Of a stretch of 64,000 bases of DNA, positions 36,604 to 47,267 are shown one piece after another. The stretch spans positions 235,527 through 299,526 of the forward strand of contig JAKAGM010000001.1 in the NCBI GenBank assembly GCA_021815445.1, read 5' to 3'. The position numbers and the translations under genes are program-made. Position 1 is the first letter of the stretch; each line of letters starts with the position of its first letter. The DNA is from a bacterium. Its GTDB lineage: Bacteria; Patescibacteriota; Patescibacteriia; UBA10025. A model generated the notes under the pieces. The model saw nothing but the letters and a program-made list of their open reading frames with translations, ran no database searches and was not told the origin of the DNA.

Positions 36604-37611
36604 CTAGGCACTTAGTGCAAAAGACTCAAAAATGAGACGAATTTGGACATTCTGTTGGATTAATTTTCTTGCTGAAATGCAAAAACGGAGAAGTGAATTA
36701 AGCTTTGCCGAATTATGCTTCCGCGCAATCGTATCAACGTAGTGTTTCCGCGTAGACGGGAGCGAACGTTTCATGCCGGAGGATACAAGTACGGCATCGC
36801 GTAAAAGCAACGACCAACGGCTGAATGTTTCTTCCGCCCACGCACGGTCTTGTGATGATGACACGGACTTTGGGAGTATTGATTCGATGATCGTAAAACG
36901 ATCCATTGGGGAATCTGTCAGTAATCGAGTAATGACACTAAGAGAATTCTGAAAATCATCGTACGCAGTCTCATCCATCATGCTCAGCGCAACTCCTTGT
37001 CTTCCGCTTGCAACTGCGGCGATCTCAATGGCTCTTTGTTTCGGCGTCCCACGTGCAATGAGACTCTGTACGATATCTTCATCTTTAGCCGGGGAAAAAA
37101 ATAACATCTGGCAGCGCGAGGAGATGGTCCTCATCAATCGATCCGGTGAACTTGATGTAAGAATGAGCGTCGTATGCGGAGACGGTTCTTCGAGAGTTTT
37201 AAGAAGCGCATTTGCAGCACCGGGAGAAAGATATTCTGCTTCTTCGATAATGGCAACCTTTCTATACCCAGCGAGAGGACGGAGTGAAAGAGAAGAACGG
37301 AGACTGCGGAGCTTTTCAATCGGTAGTAATTCGCCCTGCGCACGGTGTAAGGTGTAAAGGTCAGGATGAGTACCGCGGCGGACCTCATTACATGAGCTGC
37401 ATCCATTGCACGGTACATTGGCGTCGCTCTTTGCTCGCTCGCAAAGAAGAGTTTGCGCAAATAGCTTCGCAACGGACATCTTCCCTATTGAGGCAGGACC
37501 AGCAAAGATGTATGCGTGGCCGATCGAACCATTTATGAAAGCTGTTTCAAGGTAACGTACCACCTGTCGATGACCGATAATCGGCCAGTCAAATTTCATC
37601 TTTAGAGCCAT
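36604..37611 (-). CDS. holB: DNA polymerase III delta' subunit
   Basis: HAYIF.GP...GK, C..C..C zinc module, HPD, NALLKTLEEP, SRC. Confidence 0.92.
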   Translation of the reverse strand: MALKMKFDWPIIGHRQVVRYLETAFINGSIGHAYIFAGPASIGKMSVAKLFAQTLLCERAKSDANVPCNGCSSCNEVRRGTHPDLYTLHRAQGELLPIEKLRSLRSSLSLRPLAGYRKVAIIEEAEYLSPGAANALLKTLEEPSPHTTLILTSSSPDRLMRTISSRCQMLFFSPAKDEDIVQSLIARGTPKQRAIEIAAVASGRQGVALSMMDETAYDDFQNSLSVITRLLTDSPMDRFTIIESILPKSVSSSQDRAWAEETFSRWSLLLRDAVLVSSGMKRSLPSTRKHYVDTIARKHNSAKLNSLLRFCISARKLIQQNVQIRLIFESFALSA

Positions 37612-37680
37612 AACGCAGAGCCCGGTAATTTTTCTTTGGTAAAAATGGTGAGCTGAGCATACCACATATGGTCTGTTTTA

Positions 37681-38895
37681 TCAAGGGTCGCGCTTTCCAA
37701 GGACCTCTAGAATAATATCAGCCGTTTTCTGGGCAGTAACATGCCATGAAAATCTTTGCGAGCGGAGAATGCCTTTGCCACGAAGGCGTTCCTGAAGCAC
37801 AGAATCCATTATTATTCTTTCAATTGCTTTACTGAGGGCAGCCTCGGATTTTGGATCTACGTAAAGAGCTGCATCCTCACAGACTTCGGGCATGGAACAT
37901 ATTTTCGAGGTAATAACAGGTATCCCGCAAGCCATAGCCTCAAGAAGAGGGATGCCAAAACCTTCATAGAGTGAGGGGAAAACAAAAGCCTGCGCACCTC
38001 GAAGTAAGTGGACATACGTATGAGTTTCTAACCAACCGGGCATAAAGATTGATCCCACAGGAGCGCTGCGTACGGAATCCAAGACACGGTCATATCCAAA
38101 TCCCGGCTGTCCGACCAGTACGAGAGACAATGTTGACCTTGGAAACTTTTTTCGAAAAGACGAGAAAGCGGAAATAATTCTAGGGGTGTTCTTCTTGGAT
38201 TCGAGCCTGCCGATTGAAATGATATAATTTTTTCCGCATCCGATTTTACTTTGAATCTCTAATTCTTTACCTCTATCCCGAAGGGTGTTAAAAACTCTGG
38301 AATCATGACTATTATGCACAACAGATATCTTATTCGGGTCAATGTGATACGTGTTAATAATTTCATTCCTTGAGAACTGAGAAACGGTGATAATTTTTGT
38401 TGCGCGGCGCACAGCCAGACGCGCTGAGAAACGATGGTAGTCAAGTTCGGTTGCAGCGTACCTGCCCTTCGTGAACGCACTCACTCCCAATGAGATAAGG
38501 TTACGAGCCGGGTTGGACTTTGAGCTGATAGAACGGTTGTCATATAACGATTCTACAGACTCAAATCCTATGTCATGGAGTGTCGTCACGAGCTTATGTG
38601 GATGAATAAATGGAATGGTATGAGCCGGGACAAAAAGAAGTTCTGGCCCGCGAATAAGCATTTCGAGTGAAAGTCTCAGCTGGGTCCACAATAACTTTGG
38701 GGGCCATCGGAGCACGTTGCTCGTGAAATTTTTCGGCAATGGGTGCAAGTCATCCAAGAGGGGCTCACGTGAGTATAGGCGCACTTTAAAATTTCGAGGC
38801 AGAATCGACGCGAGCTCTTTAATTAAAAAATACGTATACCATTCGGTACCCGTGCGAGTTCGCGTATTGGCGCGCGAAGCGTCAATGCCGATCAT
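37681..38895 (-). CDS. GT4 family glycosyltransferase
   Basis: RTG.E.Y, FPSLYEGFGIPLLEAM. Confidence 0.92.
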   Translation of the reverse strand: MIGIDASRANTRTRTGTEWYTYFLIKELASILPRNFKVRLYSREPLLDDLHPLPKNFTSNVLRWPPKLLWTQLRLSLEMLIRGPELLFVPAHTIPFIHPHKLVTTLHDIGFESVESLYDNRSISSKSNPARNLISLGVSAFTKGRYAATELDYHRFSARLAVRRATKIITVSQFSRNEIINTYHIDPNKISVVHNSHDSRVFNTLRDRGKELEIQSKIGCGKNYIISIGRLESKKNTPRIISAFSSFRKKFPRSTLSLVLVGQPGFGYDRVLDSVRSAPVGSIFMPGWLETHTYVHLLRGAQAFVFPSLYEGFGIPLLEAMACGIPVITSKICSMPEVCEDAALYVDPKSEAALSKAIERIIMDSVLQERLRGKGILRSQRFSWHVTAQKTADIILEVLGKRDP

Positions 38896-38896
38896 G

Positions 38897-39910
38897 TTAC
38901 TTGCCAGCTAAAATACTTCTTTTGTAGGAATCCAGGTTCTCCAACGCTATGCCGGTTCCTTTGGCAACGCACAGGAGCGGCTCATCGGCAACATATGCAG
39001 GCACACCCGTCGCTTGAGTGAGCAGATTGTCAATGTTTCTCAGTAGCGAACTTCCGCCAGAAAGCACCATACCCTTATCCATAACATCGGCCGACAGTTC
39101 CGGGGGGGTCTCTTGGAGTACTGATTTTACCGCCTGAATAATTGCCGCAAGTTCGTCTTGGATTGCCTCAGTAACATCATCGCTCGTCACAGTAAGAGTC
39201 TTAGGGAGACCCTGAACGATATCCCTGCCTCGTACATCCATGGACATTTTTTCCTCAAGCGTCAAAGCAGAACCAATGGTAATTTTGAGGTCTTCCGCTG
39301 TGCGATCTCCTATTGCAAGTCCGTATTTTTTTCTGGTAAATTCCTGTATTGCGGTATCGAGTTTATTCCCACCGACACGCGCCGATGTATTCGCCACAAT
39401 ACCGCCGAGGGATATTACGGCAACTTCCGAGGTTCCCCCTCCTATGTCAACAATCATGTGACCAGAGGCCGAACCGATCGGGATATTCGCTCCGATAGCT
39501 GCAGCGATTGGCTCTTTAATAATATATGCGGCCTTAGCGCCAGCCTGGATTGTTGCATCTATCACAGCTCGGCGTTCAGTTGAGGTTATCCCGGCAGGAA
39601 CGGCAATCATGACTTCCGGATGGAAGAAACGAACACCACCGAGCGCTTTATTGATAAAATACCTCAGCATCGCCTCGGTAGTCTTGTAGTCAGCTATGAC
39701 ACCATCTTTCAACGGGCGTGACGCCACAATAGATTCCGGAGTACGGCCGATCATTTCCTTTGCTTCTTCACCAACGGCCATGACACGTTTATCGAGGAGG
39801 GATATCGCAACGACAGACGGTTCGTTGATTACAATCCCACGCCCGGGGATGTACACGAGTGAGTAAGTGGTTCCCAGATCAATGCCGAGTTTTTTATTCC
39901 ACATTGACAT
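38897..39910 (-). CDS. mreB: Second MreB/Mbl paralog
   Basis: GIDLGTT, EPSVVA, DIGGGTSE, TPPELS.D. Confidence 0.93.
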   Translation of the reverse strand: MSMWNKKLGIDLGTTYSLVYIPGRGIVINEPSVVAISLLDKRVMAVGEEAKEMIGRTPESIVASRPLKDGVIADYKTTEAMLRYFINKALGGVRFFHPEVMIAVPAGITSTERRAVIDATIQAGAKAAYIIKEPIAAAIGANIPIGSASGHMIVDIGGGTSEVAVISLGGIVANTSARVGGNKLDTAIQEFTRKKYGLAIGDRTAEDLKITIGSALTLEEKMSMDVRGRDIVQGLPKTLTVTSDDVTEAIQDELAAIIQAVKSVLQETPPELSADVMDKGMVLSGGSSLLRNIDNLLTQATGVPAYVADEPLLCVAKGTGIALENLDSYKRSILAGK

Positions 39911-41851
39911 TTATTTGTGCTGGATGAGTATATGCCTGTCTTGCCGAAGGGGCAATACGAAAGAGGCATCAGTATGATTCGAGACTTGCGCTTTGTCAAG
40001 CGGCTCCACGTAGGTTATTGAAGCAGGAAGCTTCAAATGCACACTGAGAATGTTATCGATAGTACCGGGTTGTTTTTGAGCAAGGAGAGTATAGGTTTTG
40101 CCATTTACCACATTTTTAGGAAGATCGTATGATAGACGAAGAGTTTTTGTTTCCCCAATCTCTGTGCATACGAATGCACCAAAAGATGTCTTACCGGATT
40201 CTTCGGTAACCTCTACTGAGCCTTTTGTGGAAAGCTTGCAGTCAACCATGGATCCGTCAGACGAAGTCAATTGGGATCCCGCAGGTACAAGTACCCTTAC
40301 ATAGGTTCGATACCTAGTCGTCTTCCACGAGAGTTTGCCGGTATTGGAGTATGCTATTGTCACAGTCGCGTGCGCCGTATCGCCGCTCGCATCAAGACTG
40401 TAATCAATCGTGCGCTTGACGGCGGGGTCGGATTTAAGACTTGCTAGATTCGCGTCAACAACCATCAAGAAGTCTCCTGTTGTCGATTGGATGGCGCCGT
40501 CCCAATTTTGAGCTCTAACACGGTCCTGAAGCGTCGGTTCTTTTTCATAAATGAGCATTTGTTTTTCGGCAAGATTGATTGCAATTGTTGACCAGAGTTT
40601 TTGCCACTGACTGCGCGGTAATGAGAGAAGTCTCTGCATCAGGACCTTCGAGAGCGAGCCGATAACTTCTTTCCTTTGTTCGGCAGGAACACCCTGGCGG
40701 AGATAACCTTGCTCAACCTGGTATTCGAGGGTTGACACAAAATTCTCCTGGGTAAAAAGCACTCCGTCCACCTCCACATCCCCTACCAAGCCAAGAAGTG
40801 ATTCTATGAGTGATGGTGTGATTGCGATGGCACCGTCGACTTTTTCTTTTCCTCCTTCGTGCTCATAAAACCAAATCGCCTGTTCCGCCGACGTCGGAAA
40901 GTCGGGGGACCAGTTCGCGTCTCTCAAATACCAATTTTTAACGTCGTTATATCGTGTAAGGGGCCACGGTGGCGTCACAAAGAGCTTGCCCTCCACCTGG
41001 CTGTCCAGATTATAGACATTATCAGTAGTGAAGGAATCAATCTCGCCATCGACTATTTTTAAAATTCCATATGTGCCAATGAAGCCCCCTGTTGGGCGCA
41101 TCTCAGTGTTATTTTGGAGCAGGAACAAATATGTCTTTGGCGACGGATATCCGGCCACCTTCGGAATGAAATCGCTCAAATCAATCGCCTGGTATATCGA
41201 TCGTTCGAAAGTAGGGAACTGCTCCTGTATGGGCTTTACTATTTTGCGGACGGGACCGATAAGTCCTTTGGAAGGCACTTTACGAAGATACTGTGATGCG
41301 GTTGCAATCTGCTGGCGGACATTAATAAGTGTCGGTTGTGCGTCGGCGATTTGCTTGAAAATTTGCTCTTTTTCTTTACGAGAAAGATGCGCAAATTGGA
41401 GGTCGGTTCCTTGCTCAAATGGCTGTAGTATGTCTCTCCCGAGGACACCAACGCTTTCAAGCGCCCTGCCAGTTTGGGATACGGTGAGCAGAATATTTTG
41501 AATTGCCGAAATTTGCTTTCCAATAATGGGAATAAACCTCAAATACCTAATCTTCGAGAACCTTTGCATAGAAAGATCAAATTCGCTATTAGCACTATGG
41601 AGGTAATCGACGGTACTATTAAAATCTTGCTTGGAAAGAGCAGATTGCGCTTTGTCAAAATTTTCTTTTCCACGGAGAGCCGCTTGATACGCATCTCGCC
41701 CAGGGGCATACGAAACGACACCCAGAATACCAAGGAATACAACAATTCCGCCCAGGCTTAAAAGGGTAATTTTCACAATGCGGACATGCCGCTTGCTTTG
41801 CTTTTTAGGGCGTCGGCGCCGCCGAAATACATTTAGGAAATTAATTGGCAT
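39911..41851 (-). CDS. DUF4012 domain membrane-anchored protein
   Basis: Basic N-terminus plus TM, YLFLLQNNTEMRPTGGFIG, RDANWSPDFP, QKQPG. Confidence 0.88.
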   Translation of the reverse strand: MPINFLNVFRRRRRPKKQSKRHVRIVKITLLSLGGIVVFLGILGVVSYAPGRDAYQAALRGKENFDKAQSALSKQDFNSTVDYLHSANSEFDLSMQRFSKIRYLRFIPIIGKQISAIQNILLTVSQTGRALESVGVLGRDILQPFEQGTDLQFAHLSRKEKEQIFKQIADAQPTLINVRQQIATASQYLRKVPSKGLIGPVRKIVKPIQEQFPTFERSIYQAIDLSDFIPKVAGYPSPKTYLFLLQNNTEMRPTGGFIGTYGILKIVDGEIDSFTTDNVYNLDSQVEGKLFVTPPWPLTRYNDVKNWYLRDANWSPDFPTSAEQAIWFYEHEGGKEKVDGAIAITPSLIESLLGLVGDVEVDGVLFTQENFVSTLEYQVEQGYLRQGVPAEQRKEVIGSLSKVLMQRLLSLPRSQWQKLWSTIAINLAEKQMLIYEKEPTLQDRVRAQNWDGAIQSTTGDFLMVVDANLASLKSDPAVKRTIDYSLDASGDTAHATVTIAYSNTGKLSWKTTRYRTYVRVLVPAGSQLTSSDGSMVDCKLSTKGSVEVTEESGKTSFGAFVCTEIGETKTLRLSYDLPKNVVNGKTYTLLAQKQPGTIDNILSVHLKLPASITYVEPLDKAQVSNHTDASFVLPLRQDRHILIQHK

Positions 41852-41864
41852 GGTTGATATATTA

Positions 41865-42683
41865 TTAAAAGTCAGTCGTATAGGGGTGCGGCGCACGCCT
41901 TCCAGAGTACTTGAGAAAATATTTTATCCACGAAGCAATATGAACCCTTGTCGCGTACGTAAATACCCCGCTGAGTCCCGGGTTTTCTGCGGACTGACGA
42001 CTATGATAGTGGACAATCTCCGCATCACTCACATAGTGCACTTCCCACCCAGACTCCCAGAACCTCCTGCACCAGTCCGTGTCTTCGACGTAGAGAAAGA
42101 AACGCTCATCAAAGAGACCGACATCCTGAATCGCCTTAGTCCGAACCAACATGCATGCTCCGAGTATCCAATCGACGGGCCTACTCGTTTTGTGGTCAAA
42201 ATCAAGCATGAGATATCGTCTAAGAAACTTGCGGACCGGACTAAGGTTCCCGAAAGGGCTTCGTCTCCATAACGCCGTCCAGAAAGTCGGAAAACGGTAG
42301 CATGAGAGCTGGACACTTCCGTCAGGATTAACAAGCCGCGGACCCACAATACCGACTTTCGGGTGAGATTCCATATATGAAAATAGGGTAGGTATCGCCT
42401 TATCGAAGATTGCGATATCGGTGTTGAGAAGGAGCAGATATTTCCCTTTTGCCACGCGAATACCCGCATTCATTCCGGACCCGAACCCCAAATTTCTTTT
42501 GGTCTCGATAAACTCTATCGAGGGGAATTCCATCTTCATCATTTCACGGGTTCCGTCCTGAGAGAAGTTGTCAACGACGATGATTTCAGTCTGAAACGCG
42601 AGGTTGAACATTCTTACACCCCGAATGCACTGCCTGAGGAGCCCCTTGGTTTTATAATTGAGAATGACGATTGAAAGGTCCAT
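41865..42683 (-). CDS. GT2 family glycosyltransferase
   Basis: VVDNFSQDG, NLGFG, LLN.D, FDERFFLY.EDTDWC. Confidence 0.92.
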   Translation of the reverse strand: MDLSIVILNYKTKGLLRQCIRGVRMFNLAFQTEIIVVDNFSQDGTREMMKMEFPSIEFIETKRNLGFGSGMNAGIRVAKGKYLLLLNTDIAIFDKAIPTLFSYMESHPKVGIVGPRLVNPDGSVQLSCYRFPTFWTALWRRSPFGNLSPVRKFLRRYLMLDFDHKTSRPVDWILGACMLVRTKAIQDVGLFDERFFLYVEDTDWCRRFWESGWEVHYVSDAEIVHYHSRQSAENPGLSGVFTYATRVHIASWIKYFLKYSGRRAPHPYTTDF

Positions 42684-42689
42684 AACTAG

Positions 42690-43634
42690 CTAGACATGAT
42701 AGATGAGGCGATTATTCAGTACTTTTCTTTTCTGTAAAATATGAGGAAGCTGCTTAAAAAACTCAGGAAGTACGGCGAGCGATCTCGGCTCGAAGAAAAG
42801 GAGGTAAAGAAATTTCTTCAGTTCATAGGTGATAATCCACGGAGAGTTGAAGAAAAGATGATGCAGTGATTCGTTTTTGAAAATAAGGAGAAGGTGATTT
42901 TTATAGGAGAGTTGACGGATGCGTACGCTCCTCATCTTTCGTGCAGACGCTTTAACCGCTCTCATGTGATATGCCACCGCTTGAGGATCATAGTACGCGG
43001 GATATCCAGCTGTTTGCAATCTCCATGCGAAATCGGCGTCCTCCTTGTATGCGAAAAAATCCTCATCGAAATATTCGCTCCCTATGGCTACCGTCTTCAA
43101 GGCTTTGCGTTTCAGAAGCACAAGCGCTCCGCTGTGGCCAAATACTTTTCCTGCAATGCCAAACTGACCAGTATCTATCTCTCCTTCACCGCGATTAGTG
43201 ACCTGCAGATTTCTCGACAAGATCAAACCTGTGGTGTCTACTATACCACCTTTCATCGTTTCACTCAAGGATTCGGGGCGAAGCAGTTTGCCGCCAAAAC
43301 TCCCACCATCATTATGCTTTTCGGCAAACCCGACAAGAGTTTCGAGAAAGGTAGGCGGGAGGAAAACGTCAGGGTTCATAATAAGCGCATAGTCTGCCGT
43401 GCTTTGATGTATCACCTGGTTGTGAGCTTTACTGAAGCCCACATTTGTCGGATTGACAACGAGGGAAATGGGATGAAAATTCCTTATTGCCTCCACTGTC
43501 CGGTCACTTGAACCATTATCGGTAATCCGTATTTCGTAGTTATGGTACGTCTGCTTTACAATCGACTCAATGCACTGAGTTATCGAAGACTCGTGGTTCC
43601 ATGTGACAATAGAGATAGTGATTCGTGGCTCCAT
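42690..43634 (-). CDS. GT2 family glycosyltransferase
   Basis: DNGSSD, NVGF, MNPDV, FDEDFFAYKED.D. Confidence 0.92.
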   Translation of the reverse strand: MEPRITISIVTWNHESSITQCIESIVKQTYHNYEIRITDNGSSDRTVEAIRNFHPISLVVNPTNVGFSKAHNQVIHQSTADYALIMNPDVFLPPTFLETLVGFAEKHNDGGSFGGKLLRPESLSETMKGGIVDTTGLILSRNLQVTNRGEGEIDTGQFGIAGKVFGHSGALVLLKRKALKTVAIGSEYFDEDFFAYKEDADFAWRLQTAGYPAYYDPQAVAYHMRAVKASARKMRSVRIRQLSYKNHLLLIFKNESLHHLFFNSPWIITYELKKFLYLLFFEPRSLAVLPEFFKQLPHILQKRKVLNNRLIYHV

Positions 43635-43643
43635 AGAGAGAGT

Positions 43644-45164
43644 CTATGACATGGATGGGTGTCTGTGGTAAAGAGCGAATATTGATGCTATCACAAGACT
43701 ATAGCCGATGCCGAGCGGGTGGTTAAGATATGGAGTTGTCGCATGCGTGAAAAGCAAGGCAATAAAGGACAGAATAAGTCCAAAGATTATCGCCTGATCT
43801 TCCGGGTTTACTGCTGAACGAAATACGTGAAAACCGGTTTTAAGTATTTTGAAAGAAAAAAAGAGGTACGCAGCCGCTCCAATAAGACCTAGTTTGGCCA
43901 GAAGATCCAGGTACCCCCATTCAAACGCATACGTGGTGTAATTTCCTCCGGAAGCGGCACTGGCGCGTGGGTCTTTGGTTTTATATGTTACAGTAGTGCC
44001 GAAACCTGAACCGAAAAGAGGGTTCTTCATGATCTGCAACGCGAGCGGCTTTAAGAGCTGAATTCGGGAGGAGACTGCTGATTCGCTCGTCCCGGATTCC
44101 AGCCTTTCTCGAACTAGAGAAGCAGTCGTCACATTCCCGCTACTATGTCCCGGAATGGGAAAATTTACAAGGGCAGTGAGAAATACTAATTCAGCGATGA
44201 CCCCAAGCGCGAGGATACTAGAAAGTTTCGCAACTTGTAAAAAATTCCTGTGCCATTTTTTGACCAGAAAAATAAAGAACAGAATCAGTGTTCCCGCCGC
44301 AGCTAGCCAGAAGCTTCGCGAAAAATTAACTACAATGACTGCTCCGGACACAAATGAAGAGAGCATGAGAATTCGATACGTGCCTGGTGAGAAAAATTTC
44401 TTTCCTACGATGATGAGCAGGCTTAAAGAAAAAAAGAAGATAAAAAGGAGAAAAATGTGACTCTGGAAAAAGACCCTAAAAAAATAATGCCCCAGGTCAG
44501 TCATCTCCCCCACCCCGGTATTTCGTATCCACGTATACACTGCCCGTTGCGCTTCAGCAGAAGGCGAATGAGCAAAGTAAGAAAGAATAAAAAGAGTTTT
44601 TAGTGAAACGGCTAAGCTTGCCCCGTACATTACTTGGAGTAAACGTTCAACGGTAGGCAAGGACGAGATGGTGATAAAAAATACAAGCGCCGTAGCGGTA
44701 TAAAAATAGCCATTCGCATCAAAAAAAATATTTACCAATGCATTACCATGAAAATATCCGCGGACAAGTCCATAGACTACCGCAAGCAGGGCGACAAGTA
44801 TTGCGGAGAAAAAAACATTATTTCTGGGGAAAGTTCCTTTTTTTCTCGCAAGCTGAATAATGGTTGCCGCAATGATGGCAATAAAAAGTCCGATGCGTAT
44901 CGATAGCGTTCTATGCCCGAAATCAAGCGAAAACAAGTACCCTTTACCGCCGATAATCAATTCTGTCAGTAAAATATAGGCACCGATATCGAGACGAAAC
45001 AGGCTGATAACAAACGCGGCAACAACGATCAAAATGAAGAGCGCCTGATTTAGCGGAGAAAAAGTAAATGCCAAAAATGAAAGGCATTCAAATATGATGA
45101 TAACCAAAAAACTTATTTTAAGGTACTGACCGTTGAGATTAAACCTTGCGATGCCTGAAGTCAT
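43644..45164 (-). CDS. O-antigen ligase/polymerase-like membrane protein
   Basis: About 12 TM segments, FSRS.W, S...R, PLFG.GFG, GLIG. Confidence 0.82.
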   Translation of the reverse strand: MTSGIARFNLNGQYLKISFLVIIIFECLSFLAFTFSPLNQALFILIVVAAFVISLFRLDIGAYILLTELIIGGKGYLFSLDFGHRTLSIRIGLFIAIIAATIIQLARKKGTFPRNNVFFSAILVALLAVVYGLVRGYFHGNALVNIFFDANGYFYTATALVFFITISSLPTVERLLQVMYGASLAVSLKTLFILSYFAHSPSAEAQRAVYTWIRNTGVGEMTDLGHYFFRVFFQSHIFLLFIFFFSLSLLIIVGKKFFSPGTYRILMLSSFVSGAVIVVNFSRSFWLAAAGTLILFFIFLVKKWHRNFLQVAKLSSILALGVIAELVFLTALVNFPIPGHSSGNVTTASLVRERLESGTSESAVSSRIQLLKPLALQIMKNPLFGSGFGTTVTYKTKDPRASAASGGNYTTYAFEWGYLDLLAKLGLIGAAAYLFFSFKILKTGFHVFRSAVNPEDQAIIFGLILSFIALLFTHATTPYLNHPLGIGYSLVIASIFALYHRHPSMS

Positions 45165-46002
45165 AAAGATACTGAATAACACCTATAGCCATACTGAGCG
45201 GCGCTAATACCGTCAAGATTGTGCACGCGGCAAAACCGAGATGCTTCCTGGCATAGTGACGGGCACTCAAGGCAAAACGGGCCTGTTTCCTCACTGCACT
45301 TACTTTACCGAAACTTTGAGAGAGGTGGTGGATCAGGTACGAAGCAGGAGTATACCACACTCCCCAACCGTCCTCGCGGGCACGATAACAAAAATCGACC
45401 TCTTCAAACCAAACAAAGAATTTCTCGTCAAGGAACCCTACTTCATCAATAGTTTTTTTTCGAATCATCATGCATGCGCCCATAACCTGATCGACCCCTT
45501 GCTCCTTTGTGTAATCAAAATCTTGGGCAAGGTAGCGCTTTATGGAGGGTAACCCGGGGAAGAGCCTGTGGAGTTTGAGAAGGTAAAGACAGAGCACGGC
45601 AAGCGTCGGAAAACGGCGCACCGAGGGCTGAAGTGTCTGGTCGCTATTCAACAGTTTGCATCCGGCTATTCCGGCAGTGGGATGATTTTGCATCCACGCA
45701 AACAGCGAATCGACCATACCACGATCCACCTCCGTATCTGGATTAAGCAAGAGAAGGTACTCCCCTTTAGCTTGCCGGATACCTTGATTATTTGCAGCGG
45801 CAAATCCCCTGTTGGCGTCGTTGGCAATTACAACTGCCTGTGGAAATTCCTTGCGTACCATGTCCAAAGAACCATCCGTGGAAGCGTTATCAACGACGAT
45901 TATCTCCATTGATGCTCTGTGTGATGTTTTTGCGAGTGACGAAAGACACCGCAAAAGATATTCCCGGACATTCCAGCTTACAATGATGATAGAGAGATCC
46001 AT
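45139..46002 (-). CDS. GT2 family glycosyltransferase
   Basis: VVDNASTDGS, NRGFA, LLNPD, LDEKFF.WFEE.D. Confidence 0.92.
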   Translation of the reverse strand: MDLSIIIVSWNVREYLLRCLSSLAKTSHRASMEIIVVDNASTDGSLDMVRKEFPQAVVIANDANRGFAAANNQGIRQAKGEYLLLLNPDTEVDRGMVDSLFAWMQNHPTAGIAGCKLLNSDQTLQPSVRRFPTLAVLCLYLLKLHRLFPGLPSIKRYLAQDFDYTKEQGVDQVMGACMMIRKKTIDEVGFLDEKFFVWFEEVDFCYRAREDGWGVWYTPASYLIHHLSQSFGKVSAVRKQARFALSARHYARKHLGFAACTILTVLAPLSMAIGVIQYLYDFRHRKV

Positions 46003-46097
46003 ACGGTACAAAAAATGCTGAGGCCTAATTGCGTATAGAATACCAAAAAAACAGTCCTATGGAAAGACAGCAGTATTTTAGCGGCCGTCGCGGTAGA

Positions 46098-47264
46098 TTA
46101 CTTTATTGCCCCAAAGATGAACCCCAGCATGTCCTCCACCCTCTTTTCCCAGGAATGAGGCTTTACAGCTTCTTGCCTCATTCGATGCAGTTCAGGTGTG
46201 TCGCCCTTGAGCATTGAAGAACAAAGATTGCTGAATTGGTCCTGTGAATGCGCTACACTAATGTATTCTGAGAATTGTTCAATTCCGGATACTGGGGTCG
46301 TGATGACGGGTTTTCCGCAAGCAAGATATTCGTAAAGTTTCAACGGGTTCATGGACTTTACAAAAGCATCTATACGGTGCGGGATGATGCCAACGTCGAA
46401 GTGCTGGATGTAACTTGGTAATTGCTCGTAAGATTTTTGTCCGAGGAAGTAAACATTCTTCAAATGCTGAACCTTCTCGATATGTGCGTCTTTCCAAATC
46501 GGGCCGACGAAAATGAAACTGCTTGTAGGATTGTTTATTGCGGCAAACTGAACCATGTCAAAATCTACACGCTGCTGGATGACGCCCACATACCCAAAGC
46601 GCGGATGAGGAATGTTTGCGAGGTCAGCTGGTTCTTGACCGGGAGTCCCAAATAGGTCGGTATCGACGCCGTTAGGTACATAGTGAACTTTTGGTGCACC
46701 GTGAAAGAGACTTTGCGCCAAATGGTCTGTCACAGTAAATATTACGTCCGCATGACCAAGCAAAAAAGAATAATTATCCCTGAGTCTTTCCGCATATGGA
46801 GCATACGAAGGATGCTCAGCCCAGTTATCTACAGTATCAAACACCGAAAGACGTTCGGAAAGTTTCCCAAAATACTTCACAAAATAAGGCAAGTATGACC
46901 AAAGAAGAATATCTTTAAATCCCAGAATTTTAACTGCCTTTTTTATGTTTCGTAAAAGCCTTTTTTCCGATATGACGGAATCAACTGTTTCATAGACATA
47001 AAGTTTTTTGCTGACTTGTAGTAATCGAGAAGTCAGGTTGCGTGAAATTGTCCGTCCTGCATGCAAATGCATTTGCTCCTGGAACCAAAGCTTCGCCGCT
47101 CGGCGGAAAGTAAATGGGAGGAAATCGATGGTCAAAATTGAGCGTATACGGGAATCATTCGTCAAACGGGTGAGTATATGGTAATTTCTGTTTGCCTTGT
47201 GACTTCGGACCCATTCCGAATACGGAGACATTGAAAACATGACGATGTCGAACTTCTCATTCAT
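46098..47264 (-). CDS. GT-B glycosyltransferase (TuaH-like)
   Basis: D.VD.W, PNGVD, GYVG.I..RVD, NPLKLYEYLA.GKP. Confidence 0.88.
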   Translation of the reverse strand: MNEKFDIVMFSMSPYSEWVRSHKANRNYHILTRLTNDSRIRSILTIDFLPFTFRRAAKLWFQEQMHLHAGRTISRNLTSRLLQVSKKLYVYETVDSVISEKRLLRNIKKAVKILGFKDILLWSYLPYFVKYFGKLSERLSVFDTVDNWAEHPSYAPYAERLRDNYSFLLGHADVIFTVTDHLAQSLFHGAPKVHYVPNGVDTDLFGTPGQEPADLANIPHPRFGYVGVIQQRVDFDMVQFAAINNPTSSFIFVGPIWKDAHIEKVQHLKNVYFLGQKSYEQLPSYIQHFDVGIIPHRIDAFVKSMNPLKLYEYLACGKPVITTPVSGIEQFSEYISVAHSQDQFSNLCSSMLKGDTPELHRMRQEAVKPHSWEKRVEDMLGFIFGAIK

Positions 47265-47267
47265 GGT

